Source: Anaerolineales bacterium
GTDB taxonomy: Bacteria; Chloroflexota; Anaerolineae; Anaerolineales; UBA4823
Assembly: GCA_036526235.1 (NCBI GenBank)
Contig: DATCYX010000360.1
Span: forward strand, 1-32,455
Direction: 5' to 3'
DNA length: 32,455 nt
The notes beneath the pieces are model-generated. The model saw only the letters and a program-made list of their open reading frames with translations. It was not told the origin of the DNA and ran no database searches. Below are positions 8,259-17,012 of this stretch, piece by piece. The first letter of the stretch is position 1, and each line of letters starts with the position of its first letter. A program made the position numbers and the translations under genes.

Positions 8259-9083
8259 GTGAGTGAGCCAATCATCGGCGTCGGCTTCACAGGTGAACTG
8301 AGCTTGCGGGTCAGCGTGGCCACGCTTTCGCGGGTCGTCTTCCCCCATCCGGAGGGCGGAGTCCCAATGATCGCGCTGGAGCATAAAGCTACCCTGGCTG
8401 CTGGAGAGGCTGACAGGGTAGATGTGAAAGCCCAGCCGTTTGGGGGGGCTATCCGAATATTAAATCCCAACCGGCTTTTGACACTCCTGGGCAGCTTCAA
8501 CTTCGACAGCCAACGATCGCGTTCCGAGCAAGATTTCCGGGTCTATATCCGCCCCTCGAGCTGGGAAGAAGTGCGCGAATTCTGCCTGCAGAATATGGAT
8601 CAGGAAGCGGGTCCAGACCTTGAAATAGATCCTTCCAGGGAATTGGAGGAAGAGTTCGATGATGCGCTGGGGATCCAGCTCAAGTTAAACCAATACGTTG
8701 TGAAGCCGTTCGGCATCGTGGTGGAAAATGAACCGGCCCCCACAACCAACGTGCGTGCTACTGGCAACCTAACCGCCCGGATCTACCGGGTTTACGAAGT
8801 GCAGATCCAAGACCCGGCCCTGTGGCGATTGATGGTGGCCAACAGCCATACACACCCCAAACAGATCTTGCAGAGATTGGCGTTAGACGATTCTCAAAAA
8901 GGCGGGCGAGGCAGGGCGACCGCCATGCTGGTGGCTGCGGAGCAGGAGATTCGCGCCGCCTATTCGGCTCTACCCCCGGAGATGCTGGGCATGCCGCTGG
9001 CATTCGCAGGCACGGTCCTGGATGGGAACGTGCCTGCGATATTGAAGGGTATTTCTGTACCGAAATATCGATACCTTCGCTAG
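8259..9083 (+). CDS. Hypothetical protein with a degenerate Nudix-like signature, close-coupled to the STAND gene
   Basis: 274 aa. The GTG start lies 5 nt after the STAND stop, with GAGG ~10 nt upstream. An alternative ATG at 8367 has GGAG 5 nt upstream. QPFGGAIR (res 59-66) and SRELEEEFDDALGI (res 126-139, nt ~8634-8675) resemble the PGG and REUXEE parts of a Nudix box, but with an insert of ~60 aa and non-canonical spacing. The beta-rich flanks (IIGVGFTGELSL, TARIYRVYEVQIQD) fit a Nudix-type fold. The fold assignment is unverified. Confidence 0.55.
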   Translation: MSEPIIGVGFTGELSLRVSVATLSRVVFPHPEGGVPMIALEHKATLAAGEADRVDVKAQPFGGAIRILNPNRLLTLLGSFNFDSQRSRSEQDFRVYIRPSSWEEVREFCLQNMDQEAGPDLEIDPSRELEEEFDDALGIQLKLNQYVVKPFGIVVENEPAPTTNVRATGNLTARIYRVYEVQIQDPALWRLMVANSHTHPKQILQRLALDDSQKGGRGRATAMLVAAEQEIRAAYSALPPEMLGMPLAFAGTVLDGNVPAILKGISVPKYRYLR

Positions 9084-9264
9084 CGGGGGTTGGTTGGGGT
9101 GGCGGAAGAGACCGGCATTATCATCGCGGATGGTGTGCGGTGAGGCTACATTGGCTTCGTTTTCAATCACCTGCGCCGAAAAGCCCATCCCAGAGCGAGC
9201 AAACTGGCAGCCACATCCGGTATGGATTTGCAGCTAATTCTTAAAACACGGCTCCTGTGATGCT

Positions 9265-10638
9265 CTAGCCAAGCAGCGCCTTCACTACATCGCGGAACAC
9301 CCAGGTATGCAGATCGATGTCAGCCTCGGTCACATCCGGAGCGATGAGCGCCATGTTGTGAAAGGGTGTCAGCAAAATCCCGCGGTTGAGCGTCGCCAGG
9401 TGCATGTAGCGCGCCAGTTCATCATCCTGAGAGGCACGAGCCTCAGCGCCATTTCGGGGTGGTGTGCTGCGAAACCAATACTCTGCCCGGCAACCGAGAC
9501 GCGTGATATGCCAGGGGAGGTCAAATTCCTGGATGACGCCCTCTACGCCTTGCGTGTAGCGCAGTGCCAATGGGATGGTCCGCTCAAAGGCTTGCTGTGT
9601 GAGCACATGTTGTAAGGTTGCTCGCATGGCGGTGAGTGAGAGGGCATTGCCAGCGAGCGTCCCACCCACACCGTGGATGGTCTCGCCTTCGTTTTGTATG
9701 GCCCTGGAGATGCGATCAGCTACTTCGGCCGAGAAGCCGTATACCGCAGTGGGCACACCGCTACCGATAGGTTTCCCAAGGGTGAGCATATCTGGCTGAA
9801 GATCATAAGCCTGCGTGTACCCACCGGGACCAGCCGAGATGGTGTGCGTTTCATCGATGATCAATAATGTCTCTGTGCGGTGTGTGATCTCTCGTAAAGC
9901 CGCGTGATAACCTGGTTCGGGAAGCACAATTCCGATGTTGGTCAGGGCGGGCTCGGCCAGCACGCAGGCCACGTCGCCGGGCTGGAGGGCAGCTTCGAGG
10001 GCGGGGATATCATTGAACTCGATCACCCGCGTGGTCAGGGTGGGATCCACTGGCGGGCCTGCATTGGCTTCGCGCGATACGGGCTTCCCATCCACGATGG
10101 TGACGAACGACTCGTCCACCGTGCCGTGATAGCAACCATTGAACACCAATATGCGTTTGCGTCCGGTGATGTAACGCGCTAAGCGGATTGTGAAGCGATT
10201 GGCGTCTGTGGCGGTCAAGGCGATTTGCCAGTATGGCAAACCGAAGCGACGGTGCAGCTCTTCTCCCAACCAGACGGCATCCTCGGTAGGCAGCATGAAG
10301 GTGATTCCGCGGCCCAGGCGATCGGTGATGGCCTGGACAGCGGCATGCGGCGAATGGCCTGTCATGGCTCCTGTGTCGCCCAGGCACAGGTCGAGATAAC
10401 GATGGCCATCGACATCCCATAGATAAGCCCCGGATCCTTCCTCGACGAAAATGGGAAACGTTCCAGCCCACTCGACCATCCAATTCATGGGCACGCCATC
10501 CAGTAAATGCGCTTTTGCCTTCTCGAAAAGCTTCTTCGAGGCAGGATGTTCTGCCACGAAGCGCTGTTGTTCCTGGGCAATGAGGGCTCTTAATCTGTCC
10601 CTATTGATTGGTGTTTTTTGCCCATCCATGCCTTTCAA
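9265..10638 (-). CDS. Class-III PLP-dependent aminotransferase, glutamate-1-semialdehyde-aminomutase-like
   Basis: 457 aa. Motifs are GSGAYLWDVDGHRYLDL, TATDANRFTIRLARYITGRKRILVFNGCYHG, IIDETHT and the PLP-lysine context LTLGKPIGSGVP. The track start is a TTG. An in-frame ATG three codons downstream (about 10629) is an alternative. Confidence 0.85.
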   Translation of the reverse strand: MKGMDGQKTPINRDRLRALIAQEQQRFVAEHPASKKLFEKAKAHLLDGVPMNWMVEWAGTFPIFVEEGSGAYLWDVDGHRYLDLCLGDTGAMTGHSPHAAVQAITDRLGRGITFMLPTEDAVWLGEELHRRFGLPYWQIALTATDANRFTIRLARYITGRKRILVFNGCYHGTVDESFVTIVDGKPVSREANAGPPVDPTLTTRVIEFNDIPALEAALQPGDVACVLAEPALTNIGIVLPEPGYHAALREITHRTETLLIIDETHTISAGPGGYTQAYDLQPDMLTLGKPIGSGVPTAVYGFSAEVADRISRAIQNEGETIHGVGGTLAGNALSLTAMRATLQHVLTQQAFERTIPLALRYTQGVEGVIQEFDLPWHITRLGCRAEYWFRSTPPRNGAEARASQDDELARYMHLATLNRGILLTPFHNMALIAPDVTEADIDLHTWVFRDVVKALLG

Positions 10639-10664
10639 TCCCCAATTCGGTTTTGAGTTGCCAC

Positions 10665-12116
10665 CTAGATGATCTCTTTTTCTGCAGAGGCGAGGATTTT
10701 GTTCAGCTCGGCTTGCTTGTCAGCTTCAAGGGGAGGGGGTTGGTGGTTCTGCAAGATCCAGTCGAACTTTTCACGAGCGACTTCGAGTGGATGGCGATAT
10801 TTCCCGGTTTGATCGGTGACATGGGTAAGACCGAGTCTTACGGTAGTGCGGATATACTTGCGAGTGTGTTTTTGAGACAGATAATGCCCGCCGGGACCGA
10901 CCTTGTCGATCACATCCAGTGCAAGTGTTTCAGGTGATACCTCCTCCTCTGCCAGGGCGTAGCGAGCTCGATGATAGATCTCATCATCCAGGATGATTGC
11001 CTCTGGATGGAGCAGGGTGAAGGTGCGGTTTAGACCAATACCGGTTGCCCACTCACAAGATGCCAAACTGATCAACAATGGGTCCAGAGACACATCGGCG
11101 GCCGATTGCCAGGTCCCTGGTTCAACGCTCTCAGTTCCAAAAGCGCCCCCGAACGAAGGCATACCCCAATGATGAGCTATGTCTATGGGCCCGTAACGAA
11201 CGCGAGCATCGACTGGATAGGCGATGTAGTTGCCATTTCGCGGGTCAACCCAGCCTTGTAACAAGGAGTGGCTAACTGGTGTACCCGGATTGATCAGCTG
11301 CATGAGCACCGTCGCGCTGATGATCTCAGCATCTGCAACCACAAACGCACCGGCTTGTGTAACGGGTGCAGTCGTGCCCATGGTAGGCATAGCCATGAAA
11401 CTCACAGGAATGCCTTCCTCAGCCAGGAGCATGGCGCCCTCAATCCCTTCTTTATCTTGCACCAAAGGCGCAATGGTGCAAATTAACACGGATAACAACG
11501 GGTTTTCCCGAAGCGCCTCTCTACTCCCTGCGACAACTGTAGCCATCTCGATGGCATAGCGAGTGGCGACCTCTCCCAGCAGTGTCTCGGTTTTAATGTG
11601 CTTGACCGTATTGTTCCAGGATGCGTCCAAATCGTGCAAAGAGGATAATTTACCGAAATCTTGCGAGCCGACCATTGGCCAGTAAAACGCGGTGGAGGAT
11701 AAATAATCGACGATCTTCGCCGTTCTGCCCACATCTGCTTTCGTAGAGGAGCGGGTCAGACCTGTTTTGGGATCAACGGTCTCCACTCCGCATCCATCCA
11801 CACCCATATAGGTATATCCTTCCTGGAGAGAAAAACCCAGCGCAGGATCACGGGCTCCCAATCGGTAGTAACGTGGAACAGTGGACATGGCTTTGATGAC
11901 CAGGTCCCGGGGTAGCTTGACAACGCTTGTATCCCTGTCCACCAGAGCGCCGTGTTCCTCAAAAATGGACAGGGCTTTTTGTGTCGGAAATTGCACACCT
12001 GTTTTTTCAAGCACCTGGAGGGTTGCTTCTTGCAATTGGTCCAGATCCTCATCGGAGAAGAATTGGATCCTGTGCTTGGATACAATTGGCTCAATCGGTA
12101 AGCGATCAGGGGTCAT
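10665..12116 (-). CDS. MttB-superfamily (trimethylamine methyltransferase family) corrinoid methyltransferase, no pyrrolysine codon, subgroup A
   Basis: 483 aa, uninterrupted. N-terminal family pattern: LDQLQEATLQVLEKTGVQFPTQKALSIFEEHGALVD...VKLPRDLVIKAMSTVPRYYRLGARDP. C-terminal pattern: VGPGGHYLSQKHTRKY. It shares long identical blocks with the ORFs at 19098 and 26946 (FYWP.V..QD, NNTVKH..TET, LICTI.PL). Confidence 0.85.
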   Translation of the reverse strand: MTPDRLPIEPIVSKHRIQFFSDEDLDQLQEATLQVLEKTGVQFPTQKALSIFEEHGALVDRDTSVVKLPRDLVIKAMSTVPRYYRLGARDPALGFSLQEGYTYMGVDGCGVETVDPKTGLTRSSTKADVGRTAKIVDYLSSTAFYWPMVGSQDFGKLSSLHDLDASWNNTVKHIKTETLLGEVATRYAIEMATVVAGSREALRENPLLSVLICTIAPLVQDKEGIEGAMLLAEEGIPVSFMAMPTMGTTAPVTQAGAFVVADAEIISATVLMQLINPGTPVSHSLLQGWVDPRNGNYIAYPVDARVRYGPIDIAHHWGMPSFGGAFGTESVEPGTWQSAADVSLDPLLISLASCEWATGIGLNRTFTLLHPEAIILDDEIYHRARYALAEEEVSPETLALDVIDKVGPGGHYLSQKHTRKYIRTTVRLGLTHVTDQTGKYRHPLEVAREKFDWILQNHQPPPLEADKQAELNKILASAEKEII

Positions 12117-12161
12117 AATATATCTCCTGGAAATCGATAGGGTTATTTTTAAGTCAGCTGT

Positions 12162-14642
12162 TCAGCACTTCACCCGTTCGTTCTTGGGATCGTACATCGG
12201 CCGCAGTGAGACTTTCGCGGGGTAGCGCACCTTGTTCACCTCAATTTCAAACTTCCCGCTACGGATATAATCGGCGGTCACACCTTCTTCATTCTCTATG
12301 AAAGCTAACCCTACGGCTCCACCAAGCGTGAATCCATAGGCGCCTGAACGGACATACCCGACCCATTTGCCATCCCGGTATATTTGTTCCCCGTAGTAAA
12401 GGAGAGGCTCGGGATCCTCGAGAAGGAATTGGGCAAACCGATTTTTTAGAATTCCAGATTCCTTTTGTCTGAGCAGCGCCTCGCGCCCAATAAAACCACT
12501 GGGTTTGTTGAAATCGACCACAAAGCTCAGGCCTGCTTCCAGTGGGGTGTCGGTCACATCGATATCATGACCATAATCCCGGTAGGCTTTTTCGATCCTG
12601 AGCGTGTTCAGCGCTTGAAGACCGGCGTGCTTTAATCCCAGGTCTTGTCCGGCCTCAACTAGCAGGTCAAAGATCGAGGGGGCAAATTCGGTGGGGATAT
12701 ACAATTCGTATCCAAGCTCGCCAAGATAAGTAATTCGATAAGCCATTGCGCGCGCATAATGGATATCTATTTCCTTCATGGTCATATAGGGGAAGGCTTC
12801 ATTGGATAGGTCTGTGTTTGTCACACGGCTCAGGAGTTGGCGTGATTTTGGTCCCTGGACATTAATCATGGCGTAGCCCGAAGTGACATCGGTGACGAAG
12901 GCATGCGCCTCTGGAGGGATATGCCGCTTAAGCCAGGTTTCTACATGGCGATGGGCCAGGTCCGAGCAGATCACAAGGAAGGCGTCTTCTGCCACCCGGG
13001 TCACGGTCAGATCGGCTTCAATTGTTCCGCGTTCATTTAGCCACTCCGTGTAAACGATCCTACCTACCGGGATGGAGACATCATTGGTTGAAATCCGGTT
13101 GAGGATTGCTTCTGCATCTCTCCCTTGAACGAGGAATTTGGACATCAGTGAGAGATCCATCAAGATCACATCTTGCCGGCAAGCTTTGTGTTCGGCGGCG
13201 TTGTACTCAAACCAATTCTGGCGTCCCCAAGAGTATTCAACCCGTGGCTCAACACCTGGGGGCGCAAACCAGTCCGGGTATTCCCACCCGGCGGAGGAGG
13301 CAAAATATGCGCCTGCTTTCGCCAAACGCTCATGCAGGATGGATTTGCGCGCATTCCTGGCAGTCACAAACTGAGAGTTGGGAAAACTCTCCTTGTACAT
13401 CATGCCTAGGATTTCCACGGTGCGATCGTGCAGGTATTGGGGGGTATTCTGGAAGGGCAACATCCTGTCAATGTGGATATCAGCGACATCTACCGGCGGC
13501 AAACCGTCTATGATCCATTGCGCCAGGACCTTACCTACGCCGCCTCCGAGCAAAATCCCCAAGGAGTTTAGACCAGCTGCCACGTAAAAATTTCTCAGTT
13601 CTGGCGCTTCACCTAGCAAGAGGGTTAAATCGGGGGTGAAACTTTCTGGACCGCAGAATAGTTTTCTGATCCCGGCAGTTTTTATCGCTGGAATGCGCTC
13701 CATGGCTTTATCAATGTAAGGCATCATTCGATCCCAGTCAGGTTGAATCTCGCCAAAAGTGAAATTTTGCGGGATTCCACCCATGCCCCAGGGCGCAGCC
13801 ACCGGCTCAAACAGCCCTAGCATCAAGCCGCCCACTTCCTCCCGGTAGTATGCATAACGGTCAACATCTTCTAATATGGGCAGATCTTCAGAGACCCCTT
13901 CCATCGGTTCGGTGATCAAGTAATAATGCTCGGCAGCATGCAGGGGTACATCTACCCCAGCCAGTTGACCGACTTTTCTGGCCCACATCCCGCAGCAGTT
14001 CACCACAAATTCGGCTTCAATTTCACCGCGGTTCGTCACGACACCAGTCACCCGCCCATTTTTTTTCTTTATCCCGGTGACCTCTGTTTCTTCGTAGATG
14101 CGCGCACCCTGATTCCTGGCCCCTTTGGCTAGAGATAAAGTTGCGTCTACCGGGTTTGCACGACCGTCTTCGGGCGTGTAGAACCCGGCAAGCACATCGC
14201 GTGCGTCTGCAAGAGGCCACAATTCCTTGAACTCCTTTGGGGAAATCTCCTCTACGTTGATGCCATAACCCCGAGCGAAATTTGCATTTCTTCGCAATGC
14301 TTCCAAGCGGGACGCCGAACTGGCAATTTCAATGTAACCCACAGGCTTAAATCCGGTTGATACCCCGGTTTCGTTTTCTAATTGTTTATATAGCTCGCGG
14401 GTGTAGTGCGCCATATAAAGCATTGTGTCTGTAGCAAACCCCCCACAGACGACCAAGCCAGCCGCGTGCCAGGTGGTGCCAGATGTTAACTGCTTGCGTT
14501 CAAGGACAATCACATCCTGCCAGCCCAGCTTCGTTAGGTGGTAAGCTGTACTGCAGCCAATCACTCCGCCCCCAATAATAACAACCCGCGCCTGTGTAGG
14601 GATGTGTGTATTAACCGAATTCGAATCCTGCGATTTAGTCAT
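12162..14642 (-). CDS. Dimethylglycine/sarcosine-dehydrogenase-like FAD oxidoreductase fused to a GcvT-type (folate-binding aminomethyltransferase) domain
   Basis: 826 aa. The N-terminal dinucleotide fold is VVIIGGGVIGCSTAYHL. TSGTTWHAAGLV matches the motif around the flavinylated His of DMGDH/SARDH. The C-terminal ~400 aa has the GcvT pattern (MDLSLMSKFLVQG, INVQGPKSR, ITYLGELGYELYIP). GAGGG lies ~7 nt upstream of the ATG. Confidence 0.9.
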   Translation of the reverse strand: MTKSQDSNSVNTHIPTQARVVIIGGGVIGCSTAYHLTKLGWQDVIVLERKQLTSGTTWHAAGLVVCGGFATDTMLYMAHYTRELYKQLENETGVSTGFKPVGYIEIASSASRLEALRRNANFARGYGINVEEISPKEFKELWPLADARDVLAGFYTPEDGRANPVDATLSLAKGARNQGARIYEETEVTGIKKKNGRVTGVVTNRGEIEAEFVVNCCGMWARKVGQLAGVDVPLHAAEHYYLITEPMEGVSEDLPILEDVDRYAYYREEVGGLMLGLFEPVAAPWGMGGIPQNFTFGEIQPDWDRMMPYIDKAMERIPAIKTAGIRKLFCGPESFTPDLTLLLGEAPELRNFYVAAGLNSLGILLGGGVGKVLAQWIIDGLPPVDVADIHIDRMLPFQNTPQYLHDRTVEILGMMYKESFPNSQFVTARNARKSILHERLAKAGAYFASSAGWEYPDWFAPPGVEPRVEYSWGRQNWFEYNAAEHKACRQDVILMDLSLMSKFLVQGRDAEAILNRISTNDVSIPVGRIVYTEWLNERGTIEADLTVTRVAEDAFLVICSDLAHRHVETWLKRHIPPEAHAFVTDVTSGYAMINVQGPKSRQLLSRVTNTDLSNEAFPYMTMKEIDIHYARAMAYRITYLGELGYELYIPTEFAPSIFDLLVEAGQDLGLKHAGLQALNTLRIEKAYRDYGHDIDVTDTPLEAGLSFVVDFNKPSGFIGREALLRQKESGILKNRFAQFLLEDPEPLLYYGEQIYRDGKWVGYVRSGAYGFTLGGAVGLAFIENEEGVTADYIRSGKFEIEVNKVRYPAKVSLRPMYDPKNERVKC

Positions 14643-14671
14643 GATTATCCCTCTGCATCTCCTCTCCTGAA

Positions 14672-14700
14672 AATTTAGCTACGTGTGTTAATCATTTCAA
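14672..14700 (-). promoter_or_regulatory. Candidate sigma-70-type promoter for the DMGDH-mttB-aminotransferase operon
   Basis: The minus strand reads TTGAAA (complement of 14695-14700), a 17-nt spacer, then TAAATT (complement of 14672-14677). It lies ~30 nt upstream of the ATG at 14642. Pattern match only. Confidence 0.3.
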
Positions 14701-14930
14701 GTTATGCATATGTATTGACGAGTATCCCTTCCGACGAGCAGGCCTTTTTGTAAAGGTCAGCGTATTTGAACACAGATTGTTAAAGACCAGCATTTGACTC
14801 GCCAACTTACGTCTCGTCGGCCTAGCTTTCAAGTGAAAACTGTGTTAGATCGCTTTGAATACCTGGCTGAAAAACGATCCAACTATTTGCCTGGCAGACC
14901 GGTATTCTTATGCTGGATGCCAGATAAAAT

Positions 14931-16049
14931 TCAGCGCCCTGTCCACACTGGAGCCGTCCATGCTGTGACACCCTCACTGCCAGAAACATTAGATGCTGTG
15001 GTCACACGCAGATAAAAGTAGTGGGCGGACTCGGAGTTCAAAGTGATCTTCTGGTCAAAGGTCACGCTGCTGGCGGGCAGGCTGGCAACAACCTCACCTC
15101 CATCGGAGATGACCTCCACCAAAGTGATGGCGTCGCTTGGAACCCCGTCTGGATCTTGGATATGAATGCTGGCGGTATAGGAGGAGGCAGGTGAGGATAA
15201 AACTGATCCCATGACTGCCCCGTTCAGCGTGTAGTTGATACGCAAGTTCTTATCCAGGGTTGCATAGCCTCTGCTGGCACTCATTGCTGCGTACAGGTCG
15301 GCGTGGGTTAATTTTTGGGCCAGCAGCACAGTCCTCACCTCAGAGCCAGAAATCCAGTCTGGCGAGTGCGTATCGGAATTGGCTGCCGGCATCACATGCC
15401 AGCCCTTATCTAGTGCCATAATATAGCTTGCTTCGTATTCCAGAAGCGCATAAGGCATGATCCAGCTTCCATAGTTGTGGATCTCAAGCAGCCCCATGCC
15501 CTGATCGCGGGAATCGGACCAGTAAGCAAAGTCGTCGAAATTATCGCCATAATCGGTGGGGTGAACCCACAAGCCGACTGCACCCGAGCGGGCGGCGAGC
15601 TGATCATAGAAGGTTCCGGGAACCGCCCAACGCGGCAGTTTCACGCCAGGGCCATGCAGACCGGGTTTTGAGCGCGGCGTGTCGGCATAATTAAATACAT
15701 TGACTTCACCGAATCCGGGCATCCAAAACTCGTAGCCTGGAATGGCGACGAAACTATCTGAAGTGTACTCCGCTGCCGCCAGGAGCGTTTGCTCCCATTC
15801 GTCAGCAGTGAGCATATAGCTGTGGTCGGTGGTTGCCATGAAATCAGCACCGGCAACCTTGGCGGCTGCAAAGGCATCTGCTGGCGTGCCTTCCCACGCA
15901 TCGCTATAGCCTGTATGAGCATGCAGGTCCCCGAAGTACAAATCATATTGGACTGGTTTTTGTGCTTCCTTTGCTGAAGTGACCAAACCGAAACTGAATG
16001 ATCCAAGGATAATGATTGAAAGGAGCACTATTCGGATTTTTTTACTCAT
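14931..16049 (-). CDS. Secreted PHP-domain (CehA/McbA-like) metallohydrolase with a C-terminal beta-rich domain
   Basis: 372 aa. The N-terminal signal or anchor is KKIRIVLLSIIILGSFSFGLVTSA. PHP metal-ligand motifs are FGDLHAHTGYSDA, ATTDHS, GYEF, WVHP and NSDTHSPD. The C-terminal ~90 aa are Ser/Thr/Val-rich and look like a beta-sandwich. Confidence 0.7.
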   Translation of the reverse strand: MSKKIRIVLLSIIILGSFSFGLVTSAKEAQKPVQYDLYFGDLHAHTGYSDAWEGTPADAFAAAKVAGADFMATTDHSYMLTADEWEQTLLAAAEYTSDSFVAIPGYEFWMPGFGEVNVFNYADTPRSKPGLHGPGVKLPRWAVPGTFYDQLAARSGAVGLWVHPTDYGDNFDDFAYWSDSRDQGMGLLEIHNYGSWIMPYALLEYEASYIMALDKGWHVMPAANSDTHSPDWISGSEVRTVLLAQKLTHADLYAAMSASRGYATLDKNLRINYTLNGAVMGSVLSSPASSYTASIHIQDPDGVPSDAITLVEVISDGGEVVASLPASSVTFDQKITLNSESAHYFYLRVTTASNVSGSEGVTAWTAPVWTGR

Positions 16050-16279
16050 GGCTACCCTCCCGGTTTGAGGATTCTTGATGTGGAGTTCTTTCGGCCAATA
16101 CGAATAACAACAAACGATTATGGGTTTTTGTGAAAAGGTTGGTTCGATTTTTAGTGAACCTAATGACTTCGACTGGATCTGCTGAACGGACTGAATGTCA
16201 GTTGCGATGAAGTGAAGCTCAATAATAATTTTCGCTGGTTATTTCCCTAGCCGGGATGGTGTGATGCCTGGTGCTTTGT

Positions 16280-16981
16280 CTAAGGCAGCATTGAGGCCTG
16301 ATAATGATCTTGATATTTACAAGTTTCCTGCATAGCGCAGTAGCTACAGGTGGTGCCACTGATCATCAACTGGGGACCAAAGCCCAACACCATGGTGAGC
16401 GATTTGCGGGGGAGCATAAGGTAAGACGAGGTGAGCCTTACGTCAATTGAGCTGGGATCCAGGATGTGAAATATTTCTGGCTGACCTTCGTCAACGGGCC
16501 AGCTTGTCATGCCGGGACTTAGTGGAATCGACGCCTGCCACTTGCTTTCTTGGGCGCGGGCCTCAAAAAATTTGCAGGTTGCATTGGCTAGCGCTTCTAC
16601 CGCTGCTGAACCGACTCCGTCTAGTGCCAACCCCAAGACCGGATCGCTATCGTACAGGCTAGCGATTTCCTTTTCCATTTTTTCGCCAATGCTACACAGG
16701 ATCACAACAATAATTTTGGCATATGCCAAGTGTTGGGTGAGCAGCTGGCTCTTTAGTGTATATCCCTCTGAAAGTATCAATGTTTCGTGGCGGACTTTTT
16801 CCAGCTCCAACTCTCGATAAAGCACAAGGGGTTCAAGCAATGGAAGACCGATGTCAAGAGCCCTTTCTGCTGTCAAGACAAGATTGGGTTTGCGCTTCCT
16901 GATTAACGCCGGATTTGCCCCTTGGGCCTGGAGGATTTGATCAGCAGTGATTGAGAATTCAATATCTTGCAGGATAGGCAA
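16280..16981 (-). CDS. Stand-alone MetH activation-domain-like protein (Met_synt_B12 family) with a C-terminal CX2CX5C tail
   Basis: 233 aa. The TTG start has GAGGAG ~10 nt upstream. IPLSPGMTSWPVDEGQPEIFHILDPSSIDVRLTSSYLMLPRKSLTMVLGFG matches by eye the PG(Y/M).(S/G)WP...Q..(L/I)F.(L/I)L......(V/I).LT.S..M.P.KS core of the cobalamin-dependent methionine-synthase reactivation module. Cysteines C212, C215 and C221 map to nt 16319-16348. Confidence 0.65.
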   Translation of the reverse strand: MPILQDIEFSITADQILQAQGANPALIRKRKPNLVLTAERALDIGLPLLEPLVLYRELELEKVRHETLILSEGYTLKSQLLTQHLAYAKIIVVILCSIGEKMEKEIASLYDSDPVLGLALDGVGSAAVEALANATCKFFEARAQESKWQASIPLSPGMTSWPVDEGQPEIFHILDPSSIDVRLTSSYLMLPRKSLTMVLGFGPQLMISGTTCSYCAMQETCKYQDHYQASMLP

Positions 16982-17012
16982 GTTCTACAGTCTCCTCAAA
17001 GAGTGTGTATAA

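Noticed and set aside
14731-14820. 8-bp inverted repeat CCGACGAG...CTCGTCGG downstream of the PHP gene, as a possible terminator
   Set aside because: The loop is ~74 nt and no U-tract follows. The arm length is within chance expectation for the region.
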